Assembly (NCBI GenBank): GCA_000934665.2
Contig: JYFJ02003681.1
Location: 1 to 38,874, forward strand
Length of the DNA stretch: 38,874 bases
Direction: 5' to 3'
Origin: Catajapyx aquilonaris
Taxonomy: Eukaryota
Both the position numbers and the translations under genes were made by a program. How positions within the stretch are numbered: position 1 is the stretch's first letter; each line of letters starts with the position of its first letter. Below, piece by piece: positions 34,901 through 38,874 of this stretch. The notes beneath the pieces were generated by a model that had not been told where the DNA came from, made no database searches, and saw only the letters and a program-made list of their open reading frames with translations.

Positions 34901-37322
34901 AAGAGGAGGACGAAATGAATGCATCAAAAATTGTATTTTTCCCTCCACTAATACAGGACAACTTAGGAAGTGTACGACTTGCAAAGCGGAAGAACCAAAG
35001 GTTAATGCATATGCTTTTTGCGAGAGGTGCTTCGATGAGGAGTGGGAAGATATGCGATGTTACTGTGGGGTACCATGCCAATGTGAGTCATGCTTACAGA
35101 TTTATTATCCCTAGAATATCATTTTTCAAACTTCCCCATGGCAGGGCTAAATTCGGATCCGCATAGGGGGGGCATGGAGGCAAACTCAAGCGTTACAGGC
35201 TATTATAACCGAGTCTACTATATCCGAAGTGGCATGTGAGTGTTATAGTCAGGACCCTGCCAGGGGGCCCTGCCATTGGGCCCGTGGCGGGGGCATGCAG
35301 GGAGGCATGCATGGAAATTCTTAGGAGGGTCACCATGAATGTGTCCAGACTTTAGGATTACCTTGCATGTGTCCAGACTTCAATACTGATAATAATAAGC
35401 AATCGGGGAGGTGTGGTGGCCGTGATGGTAACGTCACGGCTTGCTGAGTGAAAGGCCCCAGGTTCGATCCCCGCCTGGGGAACTTTCCTTTCACCTGCGT
35501 CGGGAGGGTCTCTCACCTGCACCAAGGAGGTGTCTGGCAACCTAACCTCCTGGGGGACAGCACATGACCCATGTTGTAGACAATGCACTTGCACCCCATG
35601 TTCCCTCCCCAAAAATCCCTACCCCTACCCTACATCCTTGACTCCTTGCACTGGTGACTGAAGAAAAATGACAGAGAAAACTGATGGTGGTGTGCCACCC
35701 CCCAAATAGGCCATTGATGCCTGGCACGGGGTAAATTTTTTTTAAAAAATAAAATAAAATAATAAGCAATCAATTCACTCCCCCCAATACTGATCCGATT
35801 TTAAAGACGTATTCACGTCAAAAGCTGCAGCTTGTGTCCTGACACAACCTAATGTTGTTTTTTTTAAATCAGCATTATGCACATACTCGTACAGATATAA
35901 TAGGATGGTCCTATACTTTGAGTAAACCCGTATTAGCATGGAGATAACTGAGAAATTTGTTTGCACAGAGGTCAAACATGGAATCGAGGCAGTGGAAGGC
36001 TGCGGCAATAACCACTGCATCATCGTGTTGCTCCAATAACAATCTTAAACACTTGGGTTGAAATATTTTACAAAGCATTCATACACCAAAGCAGGGCTGT
36101 GAACCGAACCAAACCTTGCTCTGTGAAACCAGATAACAGCGGAGCCACTCCAGAAGAGTAGAGCTGGGTTTGGAGCGAGTGTCGGAGCTTGGATCGGGAT
36201 CGGGGTGAGAGTGGAGCCGAGGTCGGAGTGGGTTCAGAGTTTGGTTGGGAGCTTTCCAGCTTGGTCCGACGTTTGGTTCAGGCCAACGCCTCCGGAGTTG
36301 AACCCAGTTCCGGAGGGAGGTTCGGAGCGGTTCAGAGCTTGGTTAGGTCCAACATACCAATGCAACAGGGGGAAGGAAGAAAAACATCTTGATTTACTCC
36401 AGCATATGCGTCATGTTTTCATGGTGGCAGAATTACATTTCCAAGCATTCGCAATACAGGGTGTACAGCAAATGTCACCTTTTCATGTCATACCGAAAGC
36501 TAATGGTCATACGCATTTTTTGTGCAGTATGCCACATTTCCATGTCATTTCATTAGCTCTTAGTGTGACATGAAAATGTGACATACAAAAAATGTGCAGA
36601 CATATTATTGTAACATACAACAAATGCGTATGACATGAAAATGTGACATTTGCAGTACACCCTGTATCACAGGTGCTTGGAAATGTCATTCTGCCACCAT
36701 GAAAACACGACTCATACGCTGGAGTACATCCATCGGTTTTTCTGCCTTTCCCCCTGCTGCATTGGTATGTTAGACCTAACCAAGCTCTGAACAGCTCCGA
36801 ACCTCCCTCCGGAACTGGGTTCAACTCCGGAGGCGTTGGCCTGAACCAAATGCCAGACCAAGCTGGCAAGCTCCCAACGAAACTAAGAACCTGCTCGAAC
36901 CCGACCCAAGCTCCGACGCTCGCTCCAAACCCGGCTCTACTCCTCCGGAGTGGCTCCACTGCTATCAGGTTTCGGGGAGCACAGTTCAGTTCGGTTCACA
37001 ACCCTTCACCAAAGTGGCCAAAAAGTATGAATTAAGGGTGTTTGTGCATGGTTCATTCTGGTTCGAGACAGTTAAGATGTAAGTCAAGTTGCCACTCATT
37101 CATACAGTCTGTGACTGAATGCTTGATGACAATGTTTGGTTTTGTCAGTAAAATTTGAATGGAGGGACCAACTAAACAACTATTACTGAGAATGTGAAAC
37201 TGGACTGAATTGTTTTATTTCTTGCAGTGCAAGACTGGTCTGATCGTCACTTCCAGGAGCATATAGACTTCTGCGGAAATGGGACCATCATAATCAGCGA
37301 TTCTGATGACTCCCTGGAATGA
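19059..37322 (+). CDS. Large uncharacterised protein (about 1,600 aa) with C-terminal MYND-type zinc finger
   Basis: Hand-built exon chain: 19059-19280, 20858-21000, 21064-21152, 21236-21333, 21423-21683, 21749-21778, 22905-23304, 24538-24648, 24723-24865, 24929-~25107, 25187-25284, 25922-26066, 26139-26229, 26310-26415, 26472-26630, 26827-26948, 27012-27179, 27261-27921, 29612-~29772, 29979-30053, 32103-32153, 32278-32311, 33138-33214, 33299-33385, 33433-33598, 33759-33943, 34004-34232, 34471-34596, 34713-34868, 34957-35082, 37228-37322. Most junctions are phase-consistent; those near 25.1 kb, 29.7-32.1 kb and 33.2 kb are uncertain. The start codon is tentative. Confidence 0.75.
19759..20673. 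mobile_element. Tc1/mariner-type MITE with 374-bp near-perfect TIRs
   Basis: TA|CAGGGTGATCCAACTCTATGGCACC ... GGTGCCATAGAGTTGGATCACCCTG|TA. Arms at 19759-20132 and 20300-20673. The spacer contains a partial copy of the arm (20136-20164). Confidence 0.92.
21950..22758. mobile_element. Tc1/mariner-type MITE with nested long palindrome
   Basis: TA|CAGGGTGGTTGGTAAATG ... CATTTACCGAACCACCCTG|TA. About 60-bp outer TIRs plus inner inverted arms spanning about 22013-22443. Confidence 0.88.
23640..23906. mobile_element. hAT (Charlie-like) MITE
   Basis: CAACAGTTCTCAAC ... GTTGAGAACCGCTG. 8-bp TSD TATTACAG / TATTACAT (7 of 8 match). Confidence 0.8.
28012..28499. repeat. Transposon-end-like segment with four GTGAC(T/G)(T)ACACGAC-type direct repeats and an internal hairpin
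   Basis: GTGACTTACACGAC at 28012, 28271 and 28483; variant GTGACGTAACACGAC at 28459; hairpin at about 28179-28255. Confidence 0.6.
28673..29048. mobile_element. Tc1/mariner-type palindromic MITE
   Basis: TA|CAGGGTGGTCCAACTTTTTTGTCCGAACAGCTA ... TAGCTGTTCGGACAAAAAAGTTGGACCACCCTG|TA. Arms of about 160 bp; the right arm has a 10-nt insertion. Confidence 0.92.
29789..29949. mobile_element. Small TA-flanked MITE
   Basis: TA|CAGTCGGTT...ATTTCCTTTCCACATGAGGTGGCGAAATTAGCCTCCAACA / TGTTGGAGGCTAATTTCGCCACCTCATGTGGAAAGGAAAT...AACCGGCTG|TA. Confidence 0.85.
31967..31998. repeat. (CA)n microsatellite
   Basis: Interrupted CA run directly visible; a shorter one lies at 1143-1159. Confidence 0.85.
32407..32999. 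mobile_element. pogo/Tigger-like MITE
   Basis: TA|CAGTAAAACTTCTATAAGTCGAA ... TTCGACTTATAGAAGTTTTACTG. Multiple subterminal TTCGA(G/C)TTA repeats at 32850-32985. The right-hand TA is absent. Confidence 0.85.
34957..37322 (+). CDS. MYND zinc finger encoded by the last two exons
   Basis: Exons 34957-35082 and 37228-37322 give RKCTTCKAEEPKVNAYAFCERCFDEEWEDMRCYCGVPCQ|LQDWSDRHFQEHIDFCG..., i.e. the CxxC...CxxC...YCxxxCQxxDWxxxH MYND signature. Confidence 0.8.
35405..35757 (+). mobile_element. Full-length tRNA-derived SINE with 14-bp TSD
   Basis: A box TGGCCGTGATGG, B box GGTTCGATCCC, A-rich tail (AAAAT)n. TSD AATAATAAGCAATC at 35391-35404 and 35758-35771. Confidence 0.88.
36092..37006. mobile_element. 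hAT-type MITE with very long inverted arms
   Basis: CAGGGCTGTGAACCGAAC ... GTTCGGTTCACAACCCTT. Perfect 8-bp TSD CACCAAAG at 36084-36091 and 37007-37014. Arms of about 400 bp with 6-bp (TCGGAG-like) tandem repeats. Confidence 0.9.
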
Positions 37323-37704
37323 TGACATGGATTTTTTTGTTGATTTATCGAGAGGCATACAGTTACTGATGTAGCAACTTCAAAAAATTAGGAATAGCTA
37401 TTGATTTTTTGGGGGATAAAAGCAGCTATTTTTAAGGAACACTTAATTTTTTAAAGTTGCTAATTAATTTTGTGTAAAAGTTACTGAGCTTATTGTGCTC
37501 TTGAGTCTTATGAAGTTTGTCCTCTCTCAGGAAAGAATCAGTATTTTGAAACTAAATAGATTTAAGGGAGTTCTTAATATTTGGAGTGAAATCTATTTAT
37601 TTTATTTAGTTTTGGCACAAAAAGTATACAAAAAATATGCATCATGAAGGATACATATTTTTTGTGGTAGTCAAACAAAACTAATGTATTGATCAGGATG
37701 ATGC

Positions 37705-38055
37705 ATTTATTTTATCTTGTCACTTGCAAGATTACTTCAACTTTCAGTCATGGTGATTTTTCTAAATACATGAGAAGACTAGAACACTGCAAGTCTTCAG
37801 AAATCATGTGGTAGTCAGAGATTGAAGTTAAGCATATTGTAGTTATGGATATTTATTTTTGTGTGAATGGGCCTTGATTGTCAAAGGTTGAAGTTGTGCC
37901 AATACATGTTACAGTTTTGGTCTTGAAGGGTTGATTAGGAATACGTATTTATTTTACCTTGTGATTTGCAAGATTACTTCGACGTTCAGTCGTCTTAATC
38001 CTGCTAAACACATCAGAAGACTTGAACACCACAAGTGCTTGGAAATCACGTTGCC
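37705..38055 (+). repeat. Diverged direct repeat, two copies of about 110 bp
   Basis: Shared blocks TTGCAAGATTACTTC, TTCAGTC, CTAAA, AGAAGACT.GAACAC, CAAGT, GAAATCA at about 37705-37812 and 37945-38053. Confidence 0.7.
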
Positions 38056-38311
38056 AAAGCGTGAAACATGTGATGTAACAACATTTTTTAAAGCCCAGGT
38101 TTCATTGTTAATAAAATTTTTGGCAAGGAAATATTCCATTTTTTAAACCCTGGAACCCTGCCGTGGGGTCTTTTCGGACCCCAAAGGAATTAAAATGCAT
38201 TAAAATTAAAATTTATTTTTTAAAAGTATATAACAGGAAGTGCAGGTTTATTTTGAATTAGCGATCATTTTAGGGATTGTTCAAAGAATGATTGTATAGA
38301 GTCAATACATT

Positions 38312-38517
38312 GAACCGGCCTTGGTGGACTAGTGGTTAGCGCGCTCGCCTCTGGTCCCAAGGTTGTGGGTTCGAACCCGGCCAAGGTCGGTGACTTTTCT
38401 CCAGGTGGTAGAAAAGTGAGAGTGCGCCTTCCTTCGGAGGGGAAGTAAAGTCGTCGGTCCCGTGTGCTTGTGACATTGCGCGTGTGCACGTTAAAGATCC
38501 CCAGAGTGGCCTAATTT
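38312..38517 (+). mobile_element. tRNA-derived SINE with Nin-domain-like core, 3' part interrupted
   Basis: A box TGGACTAGTGG and B box GGTTCGAACCC, followed by CCTTCGGAGGGGAAGTAAAGTCGTCGGTCCCGTGT...GCACGTTAAAGATCCC, which resembles the Nin conserved SINE domain as I recall it. Confidence 0.75.
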
Positions 38518-38874
38518 CAGGGACGTCGGAACCATGGGGGCGATGGGGGCGGTCGCCCCCACTACTTTTTGAGTGGGGGGGCAATGGTTACCATTTGCCC
38601 CTGCAGTTTGAAATGGTCACATACATAAATGTACCCCCATTTTCTTTTTCTTCTAAAACTAAAAATTTGAAGAAGAAAAATCGACTCAACCGGATTTGTG
38701 AATGCACCATTAGCGACGGGCCTACTCTTGGGCCTACTATAGGAGAGAGGGGGCGAGCCGAGGGTTTGAAACGGGACCTTTATTTTAGCTGAAGCTATAC
38801 CGCCGGGCGTCGGCTACTTCTGTAGGCAGGGATGCCGCGAAGCTTGGATAGGAAGGAAGGCAGTACATGCTATA
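38518..38874. mobile_element. Probable left end of a hAT-like element inserted in the SINE (runs off window)
   Basis: Abrupt switch to CAGGGACGTCGGAACCATGGGGGCGATGGGGGCGGTCGCCCCC, a CAGGG terminus plus GC hairpin common in hAT MITEs. The other end is not seen. Confidence 0.45.

Noticed and set aside
35405..35480. Possible tRNA gene
   Set aside because: No convincing cloverleaf or immediate poly-T terminator; it continues into a SINE body with tail and TSD.
36189..37035. Mirror ORFs (122 aa on +, 150 aa on -) sharing WFRPTPPELNPVPEGG
   Set aside because: They arise from the inverted arms of the hAT MITE.
38312..38390. Possible tRNA gene
   Set aside because: A and B boxes are followed by a SINE core domain, so this is a SINE head.

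Overview
AT-rich animal genomic DNA from an invertebrate, most plausibly an arthropod (inference from many ~50-60 nt GT-AG introns, tRNA-derived SINEs and abundant MITEs). I reconstructed three spliced genes by hand. (1) RFX4 on + (about 8742-13612). (2) DNAAF5/HEATR2 on - (17222-14338, 6 exons, 866 aa), tail-to-tail with RFX4. (3) A large uncharacterised gene on + (about 19059-37322, over 30 exons, roughly 1,600 aa) ending in a MYND-type zinc finger split by an intron, head-to-head with DNAAF5. A possible last exon of a fourth gene lies near 2 kb. Introns and intergenic DNA hold at least 10 MITEs (Tc1/mariner TA-type and hAT 8-bp-TSD type), SINEs, a DINE-1-like element and a Gypsy RNase H relic. 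The most notable signals are a putative cilia-related cluster (RFX regulator, RFX target, unknown MYND protein), an X-box flanked by forkhead sites at the DNAAF5 start, and MITEs that carry X-box and forkhead motifs in their arms. All gene models and homology calls are by eye and unverified by search.
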